Made by a program: the position numbers and the translations under genes | Notes under the pieces: generated by a model | Told to the model about the DNA's origin: nothing | Databases searched by the model: none | Seen by the model: only the letters and a program-made list of their open reading frames with translations | NCBI GenBank assembly: GCA_002840435.1 | Contig: PHAT01000001.1 | Span: 592,979-656,978, forward strand | Direction of reading: 5' to 3' | DNA from: Deltaproteobacteria bacterium HGW-Deltaproteobacteria-6 | GTDB lineage: Bacteria > Desulfobacterota > Syntrophia > Syntrophales > Smithellaceae | DNA length: 64,000 nt | In this document: positions 17,878 through 28,624 of the stretch, in pieces | Numbering within the stretch: position 1 is the first letter of the stretch | Layout: each line of letters starts with the position of its first letter

Positions 17878-18855
17878 ATGACTCCCATATCCAATAATTA
17901 TAATGCAACTTTTCTGCCCAGATCTTTCCTGAAAAACGGGCATCTTCAGTCAATTCTGGCTTCGGCGAGCTTGCTGATTCCTCCCCATCGTCCCCTTTTG
18001 GATCATTCCCGGGAATTGATTATCGACACGACGGAAGGATCGAAATTGCTGGCTTATTATTCGCGTCATCCCCGTTCTAAAGGACTATTCATTATTCTGC
18101 ATGGCTGGGAAGGTTCTTCATCTTCAGCCTATGTCCTGGCCACCGGGTCATACTTTTTTAACAAGGGCTTCTCCGTTTGCCGTCTGAATTTAAGAGATCA
18201 CGGCGACTCGCATCATCTCAATGAAGGTCTTTTCCACGGCGCTCTGCTCCAGGAAACGTTTGATGCCGTCGACACTCTTGCAAAACATTCACAGGGTTTA
18301 CCCGTCTACCTGATGGGCTTTTCTCTGGGCGCAAACTTCTCTCTTCGCATCGCGATGAAACATTCTCAAACACCCATTGAAAATTTAAAACATGTCTTCG
18401 CCGTCAGCCCCCCTCTGGACCCTTATAAAACAACACTGGCTATCGATAACGGTCTTCCCTTCTATCGTCGATACTTTATGAAAAAGTGGAGGCGTTCGTT
18501 AAAAAAGAAGCAACAGCTTTTTCCGCAAAAATATAACTTTACCCAAATGCTGCGCGCTGAAACATGTCTGGAGCTAACCGATGACATTATGGTGTATTTT
18601 CCGCAGTTCCCTTCATATCGTGATTATTTCAGGTTATACACATTGAGCAACCAGTCATTTCAGAATCTCAACATACCGGTCAGAATAATCATCGCAACGG
18701 ATGATCCGGTCATCCCTCTGGATGATTATCAATCCCTCAGTGACAACCATTTTCTGACAATATCCCGGCAGCCCTTTGGGGGGCACTGCGGTTTTATTAA
18801 CTTGTTTCCCTACAGCCGCTGGTATAATGAAACCATTTCAGAAATATTAAAATGA
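17878..18855 (+). CDS. alpha/beta hydrolase (YheT-like)
   Basis: 325 aa with HGWEGSSSSAY, the nucleophile elbow GFSLGAN and a C-terminal GGHCGF, as in the YheT/abhydrolase family. Confidence 0.8.
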   Translation: MTPISNNYNATFLPRSFLKNGHLQSILASASLLIPPHRPLLDHSRELIIDTTEGSKLLAYYSRHPRSKGLFIILHGWEGSSSSAYVLATGSYFFNKGFSVCRLNLRDHGDSHHLNEGLFHGALLQETFDAVDTLAKHSQGLPVYLMGFSLGANFSLRIAMKHSQTPIENLKHVFAVSPPLDPYKTTLAIDNGLPFYRRYFMKKWRRSLKKKQQLFPQKYNFTQMLRAETCLELTDDIMVYFPQFPSYRDYFRLYTLSNQSFQNLNIPVRIIIATDDPVIPLDDYQSLSDNHFLTISRQPFGGHCGFINLFPYSRWYNETISEILK

Positions 18856-18872
18856 TTTTTTAATGGATTGTA

Positions 18873-19706
18873 ATGGACATAAAATTGCTTAGACAAAAAG
18901 ACGAATTCCCTCGTCACGTTTTTTCTCAATTGGAAAAAGAGTCACTTGACTATCGGGAAAAACACCTCTCGATTGTCCAGTCCAATTCCGCGGGGGGCAA
19001 TCACCTGGAAGCGGGCGTTGTCGTGCTGCTGCGCTATGATAATTCAGAATATGGTTTTCAGTTGATTAAACGTTCGGAAACTGTTGCTCAGGCAGGTGAC
19101 ATCAGTTGTCCGGGCGGTATGCTGGAGAGCTCAACCGATGAAATGCTGAGCCACATTCTTTTAAAAACGGGCGTCGTCCGTACAATCGATAACCGGATGC
19201 TGCATGAGCTTCAGAAGAAAGACGAACAAACAGCCTCTCTCGTCCGGCTCTTTCTCATGAACGCGCTTCGGGAAGCCTGGGAAGAAATCGGTCTGAGCCC
19301 GCTCAACGTGGAGTTTCTGGGCGCCCTTCCCTCTTATTCGCTGGCATACTTTTCCCGGACTATTTTCCCCGTGGTTTGCCTGGTGAAGGAACCTTTCGAT
19401 TATCATTTGAGTGATGAGGTTGAAAAAGTGCTGGAAATCCCCCTGAGTTACTTTTTTCAGAGTTCATCGTATGCCACATTGGAGGTAGAATCCGCTCTCG
19501 GAAGCGCCGATCCCCGCTATAACATGAAATTCCCCTGCCTGGTGATCCCTGACGGCAATGGGCATGAAGACATCCTCTGGGGCGCCACCTTTTATATCGT
19601 CACTAATTTTTTAAAAACCATTTCCGGCAATATGCTGCCGCCCATATCTCCTTCACGTATTGTTAGAAAATCCCTATCTCCTCATTACGCATCGGGACAT
19701 CGCTGA
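18873..19706 (+). CDS. NUDIX hydrolase (CoA pyrophosphatase-like)
   Basis: Nudix box GDISCPGGMLE...ALREAWEEIGL. Confidence 0.75.
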   Translation: MDIKLLRQKDEFPRHVFSQLEKESLDYREKHLSIVQSNSAGGNHLEAGVVVLLRYDNSEYGFQLIKRSETVAQAGDISCPGGMLESSTDEMLSHILLKTGVVRTIDNRMLHELQKKDEQTASLVRLFLMNALREAWEEIGLSPLNVEFLGALPSYSLAYFSRTIFPVVCLVKEPFDYHLSDEVEKVLEIPLSYFFQSSSYATLEVESALGSADPRYNMKFPCLVIPDGNGHEDILWGATFYIVTNFLKTISGNMLPPISPSRIVRKSLSPHYASGHR

Positions 19707-19710
19707 GAGC

Positions 19711-20385
19711 ATGAGCCATTTACGCATCAATCATACGGCAATTGACACGGTTATCTTTGATTTTGACGGCACTCTGGCCAAACTAAATATTGATTTTGAT
19801 CTGATGCGCCGATCTGTTGGTGAACTTGTAACCCTATACGGCATTGACCATCATATTCTGCAACACAGGCATGTTCTGGAAATCATCGGTGAGGCAGGTG
19901 CGTTATTGCGGAAAAACTCGCACCGGAAGTCTGAATCTTTTACCGGCAATGCCTTCCGGATCATTGAAGGTATTGAAGTGGATGCCGCCCAACGAGGAGA
20001 ATTATTCGATGGAACAAAAGAACTGCTGAGCGTTCTCCGGGAACATTCAATCCGCTCAGGCATCATCACCAGAAACTGCGCAAAAGCGGTTCGTACCGTA
20101 TTTCCGGATATTTTATCTTATTGCCCGGTCGTCATTTGTCGTGATGATGTAGAACATGTCAAGCCGCACCCCGAACAACTGAACCTCGCTCTGTCCAAAC
20201 TGGGCAGCAGCGCCGGGACTTCGATGATGATCGGCGATCATCCGCTGGATATCGAAACCGGCCAGAATGCCGGAACGCTTTGTGCGGGTGTCCTGACCGG
20301 ACATTTTCAAAAAGACGATTTTATCAGGGCCGGGGCGAATCTCGTGCTGGCGCAAGCCGTGGACATTCTGAAACTATTAAGTTAG
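19711..20385 (+). CDS. HAD-superfamily phosphatase (phosphoglycolate phosphatase-like)
   Basis: Motif I VIFDFDGTLA, motif II ITRN, motif IV GDHPLDIETG. The ATG at 19711 avoids the overlap with the NUDIX gene that the track start at 19660 would create. Confidence 0.8.
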   Translation: MSHLRINHTAIDTVIFDFDGTLAKLNIDFDLMRRSVGELVTLYGIDHHILQHRHVLEIIGEAGALLRKNSHRKSESFTGNAFRIIEGIEVDAAQRGELFDGTKELLSVLREHSIRSGIITRNCAKAVRTVFPDILSYCPVVICRDDVEHVKPHPEQLNLALSKLGSSAGTSMMIGDHPLDIETGQNAGTLCAGVLTGHFQKDDFIRAGANLVLAQAVDILKLLS

Positions 20386-20497
20386 CTGCGGTTCCGGCAA
20401 TCATCTTTAATTGACATATTCTGTTAAGTTATATAGAAAATTGCACGGTTTGCGGCTTTGATCCTGTGCTGAATATTTTTAATCTGAGGAGAATTAT

Positions 20498-21835
20498 ATG
20501 AATCCACATGTCTTTCGTGAATATGATGTCCGGGGTATTGTTGACATAGATTTAAATGAGGAATTTATTGTGAACCTGGGACGGTCTATCGGCGCTTACG
20601 CGCTTCAGAATAAAATTAAAACGATGACCATAGGACGCGATTGCCGTTTGAGTTCCGATGATTACCACCGGTATTTAATTCAAGGCCTGAATGCCTCAGG
20701 GATCGACACGATTGATATCGGTCTTTGCGCCACGCCCATGCTCTATTTCTCCATCCGTCATTGCAACGCGGAAGGCGGCGTGATGATCACCGGCAGCCAC
20801 AATCCTCCGGAGTTTAACGGCTTCAAAATCTGCATCGGATATGATTCCATACACGGCCTGGAAATTCAGGAATTAAGAAAAATAATGGAATCCCAAAGCT
20901 ATTCTGCAGGCAATGGAACTTCGCGGTCCGAAGATATTACCGATGCCTACCAGAACTATCTTTTTGATCACGTCAAGATTTCCAAAAAGCTGAAACTCGT
21001 TCTGGATGCCGGCAACGGCGTCGGAGGAAAGTTTGCCTTGCCTGTTCTGGAAAGGATGGGGTGTGATGTCACCTGTCTCTATTGTGATCCGGATGGCCGA
21101 TTTCCCAATCATTTCCCAGATCCCACCGTTGAAGATAATTTAAGAGACTTGATCCGGCTGGTAGACCGGGAACAGGCTGATTTAGGAATAGCTTTCGACG
21201 GAGACGCCGACCGCATCGGCGTAATCAGCGATACCGGTGAAATCATCTGGGGGGACAAACTGCTGCTGTTGTTCGCCCGTTACATTTTAAAAGAGCATCC
21301 GCAAGCCACCATCATTGGTGAGGTCAAATGCTCCCAGGTGTTGTATGACGGCATTAAGCAATATTCGGGAAAACCAATCATGTGGAAAGCCGGCCATTCA
21401 CTCATCAAAGCCAAGATGAAAGAAGAAAAGGCGCTGCTGGGGGGAGAAATGAGCGGTCATTTGTTCTTTGCCGACCGTTATTTCGGATATGATGACGCCA
21501 TTTACGCCGCCGTGAGATTGCTGGAAATCCTTTCCCGCACCAATCAAAAGCTCAGCGAACTGCTTTCGGATGTGCCCAAAACATTTGCCACTCCCGAAAT
21601 ACGGGTGGACTGCGATGATGACAAAAAAGCGGCGGTTGTAGAAAAAATAAAACACCACTACCGGAATACGCCGGGTATCATTGATATTGACGGCATTCGC
21701 ATTCCGTTTCAAGACGGTTGGGCACTCGTACGCTGTTCCAACACGCAACCGGTCATTGTGCTGCGTTTTGAAGCGTCATCCGCTGACGGTTTACAAAAAA
21801 TACGAAGTGAAGTGGAAAGCCTTCTGGCTTGCTGA
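20498..21835 (+). CDS. phosphomannomutase/phosphoglucomutase
   Basis: 445 aa with active-site TGSHNP, metal loop FDGDADR and sugar loop GGEMSGH. Confidence 0.93.
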   Translation: MNPHVFREYDVRGIVDIDLNEEFIVNLGRSIGAYALQNKIKTMTIGRDCRLSSDDYHRYLIQGLNASGIDTIDIGLCATPMLYFSIRHCNAEGGVMITGSHNPPEFNGFKICIGYDSIHGLEIQELRKIMESQSYSAGNGTSRSEDITDAYQNYLFDHVKISKKLKLVLDAGNGVGGKFALPVLERMGCDVTCLYCDPDGRFPNHFPDPTVEDNLRDLIRLVDREQADLGIAFDGDADRIGVISDTGEIIWGDKLLLLFARYILKEHPQATIIGEVKCSQVLYDGIKQYSGKPIMWKAGHSLIKAKMKEEKALLGGEMSGHLFFADRYFGYDDAIYAAVRLLEILSRTNQKLSELLSDVPKTFATPEIRVDCDDDKKAAVVEKIKHHYRNTPGIIDIDGIRIPFQDGWALVRCSNTQPVIVLRFEASSADGLQKIRSEVESLLAC

Positions 21836-21901
21836 TAAGGGCTGAATCAATCATCTCGCAGTAAACGGCGGCTCACGGATGGCCGCCTTGCGGCAGCCGG
21901 A

Positions 21902-22426
21902 TTAAAGTTTATGGATGATTTCATCGAGTTGCCGCAAAGCATCATCAATCGAACCGGTGTTTAAAACATAGGCATCGGCCAGGGCAATGCAAACAGCAAC
22001 ACCATACTCAATTTCCCGCTGATCGCGATTATCAAAATGATCCGCGGAATCATCCTCCCGGCCTCTTTGTTTTACACGATTCAATCTCAAATTCCTCGGG
22101 GCGACAACGGCCACGAGCGTGCAGGGTGTTTTGCTTCGAATGAGTTCAATCTCCGGCCATGACCGAATGCCCTCCAGAAAAACCAGATCAGCTTTTTGAC
22201 GCAGGGCTTCTGCAACAGCCAGGCGGGTAACACCCAGTCCGTCAGAGCCTCTCATTTCCGTGGATACCTTTGCCGAGGTTTCCGCATCACCCATGCAGGC
22301 CCGCTTACGAATTTCCGCCCGGACAAAATCCCCCGTAGAAAAATAAGGGTATTGATGAGCCCGGGCATACTGATCCGCTATATTTTTTCCGGCTGCGGGC
22401 ATTCCCGTAACAACAATGATTTTCAT
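21902..22426 (-). CDS. P-loop nucleotide kinase-like protein (UPF0200 / dephospho-CoA-kinase-like)
   Basis: MKIIVVTGMPAAGKN P-loop at the N-terminus. AGGAGG lies upstream of the ATG at 22426. Confidence 0.65.
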   Translation of the reverse strand: MKIIVVTGMPAAGKNIADQYARAHQYPYFSTGDFVRAEIRKRACMGDAETSAKVSTEMRGSDGLGVTRLAVAEALRQKADLVFLEGIRSWPEIELIRSKTPCTLVAVVAPRNLRLNRVKQRGREDDSADHFDNRDQREIEYGVAVCIALADAYVLNTGSIDDALRQLDEIIHKL

Positions 22427-22693
22427 AGTCCTCCTGACAACTTTTTTCTGCATCATAGACATTTTTTTTGATAAAACAAGTCCAATAAGTCAACTTACAT
22501 AAATAACGGACATTGTTCATGATGTGTTTTTTATTGAATATTTTTCAATAGTATGCAAAATCACCACAACCATCTTTAATAGCAATGCATGGTTCAACAT
22601 GAATTCGGCTGCGAGCAAATAATGCATGATATTTTAAAAGAATCGAAGCTTCACCGCGGCCTGATGCGGAAATCGTCAATGGGAACAGTGATT

Positions 22694-23413
22694 ATGAAAA
22701 TTGCGCATCGTTTTTCAGTCATTCTTTTGATCTGCTTTTTATTATTTGGATGCGGCGATAAGACGGCAGGTATTGAAGGCAGGATTATCGATGGAAAAGG
22801 AAAGCCCTTGTCCGGCGTTTTCATTATTTTCAAGCAGGTTAAACCTGCTCAGGGATATGAACATTTCGAAACCAGGACAAGCGCAGACGGCGGTTTTTAT
22901 ATAACCGGCATTGCACCATCTTCCGATTATGTCATGACTCTCCTTTCCGACAAATGGAGCACCCGCTTCAGCAGGAACATTAAGACGCTGAAGGCTGGAG
23001 AAAAGCTTTCTTTAAACACTCCCATTCAAATTCGTTTTAAGCAAATGAAAGACGGAACCGTGATCGATACCAAAACCGGCATTCAATGGTCGATCTATCC
23101 GGCTTCCGATATCACGGCAGCCAATGTCAAAAGCATGGTAAAAGGCCTCCAAGAAGCCGGTTTCACGGATTGGCGTCTTCCGTCAAGAAAAGACCTGACA
23201 GACCTTATGGAAAATCCGGCCCTGGCTAAAAAAACATGCTGTGTCTGGGTTGCGGAAGTCAATTCTGAAACGGCTGAATGGCATCCATATGGGGAAGAGG
23301 ATAATGAATTATGGGCATCCAGAAAAGAAGCACCCGAAAATAGAATTGTTATCTTAAGAGGCATGACGCCGTCACCGGTTGCACCCCCTGTTCCACCGGT
23401 TGTCAAACCGTGA
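22694..23413 (+). CDS. lipoprotein with a carboxypeptidase-regulatory-like domain and a DUF1566-like domain
   Basis: Lipobox LLFGCGD after MKIAHRFSVILLICF. GRIIDGKGKPLSGV is CarboxypepD_reg-like. TGIQWS...FTDWRLPSRKDL is DUF1566-like. Pro-rich tail. Confidence 0.7.
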   Translation: MKIAHRFSVILLICFLLFGCGDKTAGIEGRIIDGKGKPLSGVFIIFKQVKPAQGYEHFETRTSADGGFYITGIAPSSDYVMTLLSDKWSTRFSRNIKTLKAGEKLSLNTPIQIRFKQMKDGTVIDTKTGIQWSIYPASDITAANVKSMVKGLQEAGFTDWRLPSRKDLTDLMENPALAKKTCCVWVAEVNSETAEWHPYGEEDNELWASRKEAPENRIVILRGMTPSPVAPPVPPVVKP

Positions 23414-23449
23414 TTGATGGCTCGTCATCAATCAATTTGCCCCGCTTTT

Positions 23450-23872
23450 TTACTTTTTCTTCAGAATCATAAAGGTTGCCGATACGCGGCAGATGTTTTC
23501 TCCCGATTGATCTCTCACCAGGCAGTCGCCGATAATCAGGCTCTTTCCCTTTTTAAATACAGTTGCTTCGGCAATAAGATGGCCCTTTGATACACCTGCC
23601 AGAAAATTGCTTTTGAGCTCAATTGTGGTCAGGCCTTCATCCAACGACAATTGAGACATCATCGCGTGAGCAATCGTCTCGTCCGCAAACGCGACGATCA
23701 GACCACCCTGCATGATTTTTGCGCCTTGCAGGTATTCGGGACGAACCGGCATTTGCATGCGCGCCAGACCATTTTTAATCTCAAGAACCGTTACGCCGAA
23801 AAAGTCCAGATATGGATTTACGCCCTGCTGGCCATCACATACTTTTTTTAAATAATGATTGTAATCAAAAAT
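23450..23872 (-). CDS. PaaI-family hotdog thioesterase, probably starting at a non-canonical codon
   Basis: The track gives 23450..23758. The same frame is open upstream to the stop at 23897-23899 and encodes NPYLDFFGVTVLEIKNGLARMQMPV, which is the conserved N-terminal part of the PaaI fold. There is no ATG, GTG or TTG there. ATT at 23872-23870 sits 8 nt after a GGGGG Shine-Dalgarno. Confidence 0.6.
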   Translation of the reverse strand: MFDYNHYLKKVCDGQQGVNPYLDFFGVTVLEIKNGLARMQMPVRPEYLQGAKIMQGGLIVAFADETIAHAMMSQLSLDEGLTTIELKSNFLAGVSKGHLIAEATVFKKGKSLIIGDCLVRDQSGENICRVSATFMILKKK

Positions 23873-24221
23873 GATTCTTACCCCCTGGTTATTGATTTAT
23901 AATCGTTTATTTTTCCCTGCGTCAAGAGAAAACATCATCAGAGATTGGCTATTAATTATCCACCTGGTTACTGTTTGCGGGTAAATATTATCCGTTTGCC
24001 GTGACTTTATCACTGTGATTTCCGGATCTTTATACTTTACTCTGTAATAACGATCTATTACGATTGCAAAACGATCTGGCATGAAGATTGATATTTATCT
24101 ATTTAAAATGCTATAAGAAAAGTTAATTTTGCATATATGCAGCAGTCAACTTGGTATTTAAGCAATTTAAAACATGTGGTAAACAACTTTGGAAAGGCAT
24201 CTGATCAACAGTCTTATGCTA

Positions 24222-25499
24222 ATGAATAAAAAAATATTTTTCCTCATTCTATTGATTTTAGCTCACGGACAGAGTCTCCGGGCTGCAGATTCGATTCAGA
24301 AAGGCGATGTCCTTACGCTTCAATACTGCCTGGACACCGCCCTGAAAAATCATCCCGCTCTCAATGCCGCCACCAGCACAATCAGGCAATACGAAAGCAA
24401 GATCGGTCAGGCCAGAGCCGGGTATTATCCGCAGATCAATCTCCAGTCCGGTTATACACGCAGTGGTACAACAGCCACATCCCTGAAGAGCGATCCGTAT
24501 AACTACTATTCCAACGCCATTGGACTCAACCAGACACTTTTTGATTTCGGAAAAACATGGACTCAGGTGGATATTGCCAGCCTGAATAAAGAATCAGCCA
24601 AAGCGGATTATCAGGATGTCACCGCCGCCATCATCTATGGTGTGAAGGAATCCTATTACTCCTTTCTCAAATTAAAAATGAGCGAAACTGTCGCCCTGGA
24701 AACGGTAAATCAGTTTCAGGAACATTATGATGTCGCTAAAACATTTTTCGAAACCGGAAAAAGTTCAAAAATCGACGTGACCAGCGCCGAGGTCAACCTC
24801 AGCAACGCCCGCATTCAATTGATTTCCGCTCAGAACGCCATGCGCATTGCGCGGGTAAACCTGAACAAAGCCATGGGCGTAATATCTTCCCCTGAATACA
24901 ATGTTGAGGAGACATTTCCTCTTGAGAAGAGGAATATTTCTTTTGATTCCGCCCTTGCCCAAGCCTATGAAAACCGGCCGGACATTCTTTCCACCAGTTT
25001 AAAAAAAGATGCGCTGGAAAAGAGTATTGATCTCAATAAAAAAGGATATCTGCCCGTCCTTTCCGGCAGCGCCGCTTACGGTTACGCGGGAGATGATAAC
25101 TCCATGGATAAATCATGGAATGTCGGCGTTGCCCTGACCTTCCCTCTTTTCACAGGACTATCCACCAGGTATGCCGTCGATGAAGCAAGAGCCAATCTGG
25201 ACATTGCCAGGGCTAATGAGGAGTCGCTCAGGCAGAAAATCTATCTGGAGGTGCAATCAGCCTGGTTGAACCGCAGGGAAGCTTTTGAACGCATTGAAGC
25301 GGGCAGAATCATCGTACGTCAGGCCGAGGAAACACTTGAACTCGCCCGGGGACGGTATGCAACCGGCGTGGGCAGTTCTATCGAAATCACCGATGCCATG
25401 ATCAAACTTAACAATGCTAAAATGACGTATATTACCGCCTTATCCGACTTCAGCATTGCTGAAGCCAATCTGGAAAAAGCCATCGGAGCGAAAAAATGA
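24222..25499 (+). CDS. TolC-family outer-membrane efflux protein
   Basis: Signal peptide MNKKIFFLILLILAHGQSLRA followed by two TolC repeats. The track start is a TTG at 24189. Confidence 0.9.
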   Translation: MNKKIFFLILLILAHGQSLRAADSIQKGDVLTLQYCLDTALKNHPALNAATSTIRQYESKIGQARAGYYPQINLQSGYTRSGTTATSLKSDPYNYYSNAIGLNQTLFDFGKTWTQVDIASLNKESAKADYQDVTAAIIYGVKESYYSFLKLKMSETVALETVNQFQEHYDVAKTFFETGKSSKIDVTSAEVNLSNARIQLISAQNAMRIARVNLNKAMGVISSPEYNVEETFPLEKRNISFDSALAQAYENRPDILSTSLKKDALEKSIDLNKKGYLPVLSGSAAYGYAGDDNSMDKSWNVGVALTFPLFTGLSTRYAVDEARANLDIARANEESLRQKIYLEVQSAWLNRREAFERIEAGRIIVRQAEETLELARGRYATGVGSSIEITDAMIKLNNAKMTYITALSDFSIAEANLEKAIGAKK

Positions 25500-26662
25500 A
25501 AAAAATAGTTGTTGCGATTGCCATCCTGATAATGATCATTTCCGGCTTGTTTTTCTTCATTAAAAAAAGTGATAATATGCCGCAATACGTAACACAGACT
25601 GCAGACCGTGGCGATATCCGTGCGACCGTTTCCGCAACGGGAACCGTCAATGCCGTTACCACCGTCCTGGTCGGCACACAGGTATCCGGCACGATTAAAC
25701 AGCTTTTCGTTGATTATAACTCAACCGTCAAAAAAGGACAGTTACTGGCTCAAATTGATCCATCCTCGTTTGAAGCGCAGGTATCCCAGGCTTCCGCTAA
25801 TTTATCATTGTCCCGGGCTAACCTGGAAAAATCAAAAATTGCCGTGCGCGATACCATCACGACTTTTGAAAGAAACAAAATTCTTTTCGCGAAAAATTTT
25901 ATTTCTAAAAGTGATCTGGATACCTCCGAAACTAATTATCTTTCGGCGCTGGCCCAGGTTAAGGCATCCGAGGCGCAGGTTCAACAGGCCCGGGCCGCTT
26001 TAAATTTAGCCAATACCAATCTCCGCTACACACAAATTCTTTCACCGGTCAACGGTACGGTCATTTCACGAAGCATCGATGTGGGACAAACCGTGGCAGC
26101 CAGCTTTCAGACGCCCACCTTGTTCAACATTGCGCAGGATTTGACGAAAATGCAGATTGAAACCAGTGTTGATGAAGCCGATATCGGCAGCATCAGAACA
26201 AATCAGCCGGTAACTTTTACCGTGGACGCTTATCCCGATGTAACATTTAGAGGAAATGTCTCTGTCATTCGCAACGCACCGACCACCGTCTCCAACGTGG
26301 TAACCTACACGGTAATCGTTCAAGTGGATAACCAGGAGTTGAAGCTCAAACCCGGCATGACGGCAAACGTGTCGATTATTATCAACGATAAAAAAGGTGT
26401 CTTACGCGTTCCCAATGCAGCGCTGAGAGTTAAGATATCTGACAGGGAGCTTACCGCCAGGACACCCAAAGGCGCCGGGGTCTGGATACTGGATAATAAG
26501 AAACCCAAACGCGTTCCGCTGACTATTGGCATCAGAGACAACCGGTTTACGGAAGTTCTATCAGGAAATGTAACCGAAGGCTCCGCGATTATTGTGGAAG
26601 TAAAAGACAACAGCAAAACAGCGAATGCACAAACCGTCCGGCCTCCCGGTCCGAGGTTTTAA
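25496..26662 (+). CDS. efflux periplasmic adaptor (MacA/HlyD family)
   Basis: N-terminal TM, coiled-coil hairpin, lipoyl and beta-barrel segments. 4-nt overlap with the TolC gene. Confidence 0.9.
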   Translation: MKKIVVAIAILIMIISGLFFFIKKSDNMPQYVTQTADRGDIRATVSATGTVNAVTTVLVGTQVSGTIKQLFVDYNSTVKKGQLLAQIDPSSFEAQVSQASANLSLSRANLEKSKIAVRDTITTFERNKILFAKNFISKSDLDTSETNYLSALAQVKASEAQVQQARAALNLANTNLRYTQILSPVNGTVISRSIDVGQTVAASFQTPTLFNIAQDLTKMQIETSVDEADIGSIRTNQPVTFTVDAYPDVTFRGNVSVIRNAPTTVSNVVTYTVIVQVDNQELKLKPGMTANVSIIINDKKGVLRVPNAALRVKISDRELTARTPKGAGVWILDNKKPKRVPLTIGIRDNRFTEVLSGNVTEGSAIIVEVKDNSKTANAQTVRPPGPRF

Positions 26663-26667
26663 GTAAA

Positions 26668-27357
26668 ATGGCATTGATCGAAACCGAGCAATTGGAGAAG
26701 AAATACGACGTTGGCGACAGTATCGTTCATGCGCTGGATAAAGTGTCCCTTCAGATTTCCGCGGGAGAATTCGTCTCGGTGATGGGACCTTCCGGCTCCG
26801 GAAAATCCACATTTATGAATGTTATCGGCTGTCTCGATGAGCCGACCGCCGGACGGTATCTTCTTGATGGCATTGACGTCAGTCAAATGGGCCGCGATGC
26901 GCTCGCGGAAATTCGCAATGAAAAAATCGGTTTTGTTTTTCAGGGTTTCAATCTTCTTTCCCGCACGTCCGCACTGGAAAATGTTGAAGTGCCTCTGCTC
27001 TACAGCAAAAACATCCCGAAAAACCGCAAAGATAAAGCCAGGGAAGCGCTTAAACTCCTGGGACTGGAAGAACGGCAGCATCACCATCCGAATCAACTCT
27101 CCGGCGGACAACAGCAGCGAGTGGCCATCGCACGCGCTCTGGTCAATAACGCGCCTCTTTTACTGGCCGATGAGCCTACAGGCAATCTGGATACTAAAAC
27201 CAGTATTGAAATCATGGAACTGTTCGTCCGGCTCAATCAAGAAAAAAAAATTACCATTGTTCTGGTTACGCATGAACCGGACATCTCTGCTTTCAGTAAG
27301 CGAATCGTTCGATTTCTTGATGGGAAGATTGTCAGCGATAAGGAAAACAAGCCATGA
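26668..27357 (+). CDS. MacB/LolD-type ABC ATP-binding protein
   Basis: [36 protein letters not shown]. Confidence 0.92.
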   Translation: MALIETEQLEKKYDVGDSIVHALDKVSLQISAGEFVSVMGPSGSGKSTFMNVIGCLDEPTAGRYLLDGIDVSQMGRDALAEIRNEKIGFVFQGFNLLSRTSALENVEVPLLYSKNIPKNRKDKAREALKLLGLEERQHHHPNQLSGGQQQRVAIARALVNNAPLLLADEPTGNLDTKTSIEIMELFVRLNQEKKITIVLVTHEPDISAFSKRIVRFLDGKIVSDKENKP

Positions 27358-28583
27358 TCAATATTCCCTCCACCGTCAAAATATCGCTGCGAGCCCTGCG
27401 CGTCAACAAGATGCGCTCAGCGTTAACCATGCTGGGCATCATTATCGGTGTTGCCGCCGTCATCACGATGCTGGCGGTCGGTAAAGGAGCCAGTAATAAA
27501 ATATCCGAACAGATCGCTACAGTCGGCAGCAATCTGATTATTGTCCTTCCCGGATCGACAACCACCGGCGGCATTCGTCTGGGCAGCGGCGCCATCCAGA
27601 ATTTAACACGCGCCGACGCTGATGCCATCAAAAACGAATGCTCCGCGGTATTGACTACCGCTCCTGTCTTAAACGGCGGCGCACAGATTGTTTACGGCAA
27701 TCAAAACTGGGCAACGGTTGTCTACGGAACGGATGAAAATATGGTCGTGGTGCGCGACTGGACACTGGCAGCGGGAAGAAATTTTAATGATCAGGAAGTG
27801 CGCAGCGCCGCCAAAGTCTGCGTTCTGGGTCAAACCGTGGTGGACAATCTCTTTGGCAATGATGATCCGGTCAATAAAGCCATCCGCATCAAGAAAGTGC
27901 CTTTCACGGTTATCGGCGTTCTGGAATCGAAAGGCCAGTCCATGATAGGACAGGATCAGGACGATGTTATTTATGTGCCGGTAACCGCCGCGCAGCGAAA
28001 CCTTTTTGGCAGAACGTTTCCGGGAACCGTGCGGTCCATCATGGTGAAGGCAAAAAGCGCTGAGGATCTGAACAGAGCCGAAACGCAGATCAAGGAACTC
28101 TTACGTCAAAGACATCGTCTCAGTCCGAATCAGGAAGACGATTTTACCGTCCGCAACCTCACGCAAATGATGCAGATGGCGGAGCAGGCCTCCCAGGTCA
28201 TGGCATTGCTGCTGGCGGCCATAGCCGGAGTATCACTTCTGGTGGGCGGCATCGGCATCATGAATATCATGCTGGTATCCGTCACCGAAAGAACGCGTGA
28301 AATCGGTATCCGCATGGCGGTCGGCGCCAAATCCTGGGACATTCGCACACAGTTTATTATTGAGGCTCTTATTCTGTCGCTCATCGGCGGCCTGATCGGC
28401 GTTTTGCTGGGGATCTTCGCAGCGGAACTGCTGTCTTTTTTTGCCGGATGGACCATACTCATCTCTACTTATTCCATTGTGTTGTCTTTTGGTTTTTCGG
28501 GACTCGTCGGTATTTTTTTCGGTTTCTATCCCGCTTACAAAGCATCCCTGATGAATCCCATCGACGCCCTCCGTCATGAATAA
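27354..28583 (+). CDS. MacB/FtsX-type ABC permease
   Basis: 409 aa with a MacB periplasmic domain between TM1 and TM2 and a C-terminal FtsX domain (RTREIGIRMAVGA). Confidence 0.9.
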   Translation: MINIPSTVKISLRALRVNKMRSALTMLGIIIGVAAVITMLAVGKGASNKISEQIATVGSNLIIVLPGSTTTGGIRLGSGAIQNLTRADADAIKNECSAVLTTAPVLNGGAQIVYGNQNWATVVYGTDENMVVVRDWTLAAGRNFNDQEVRSAAKVCVLGQTVVDNLFGNDDPVNKAIRIKKVPFTVIGVLESKGQSMIGQDQDDVIYVPVTAAQRNLFGRTFPGTVRSIMVKAKSAEDLNRAETQIKELLRQRHRLSPNQEDDFTVRNLTQMMQMAEQASQVMALLLAAIAGVSLLVGGIGIMNIMLVSVTERTREIGIRMAVGAKSWDIRTQFIIEALILSLIGGLIGVLLGIFAAELLSFFAGWTILISTYSIVLSFGFSGLVGIFFGFYPAYKASLMNPIDALRHE

Positions 28584-28624
28584 TAAGCGAATTCCTTCCC
28601 CCCTCGATTCTTTGGATAATTATA

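Noticed and set aside
26819-27484. 221-aa plus-strand ORF spanning the ABC ATPase/permease junction
   Set aside because: It is a different frame of the same strand as two genes with canonical Walker and FtsX motifs. Its translation is R/S/W-rich nonsense.
24222-28583. Apparent duplication of the TolC/adaptor/ABC/FtsX operon (compare 39057-44346)
   Set aside because: The two operons are diverged paralogues with different gene order relative to strand and low nucleotide similarity. They are not a recent segmental duplication or mobile repeat.
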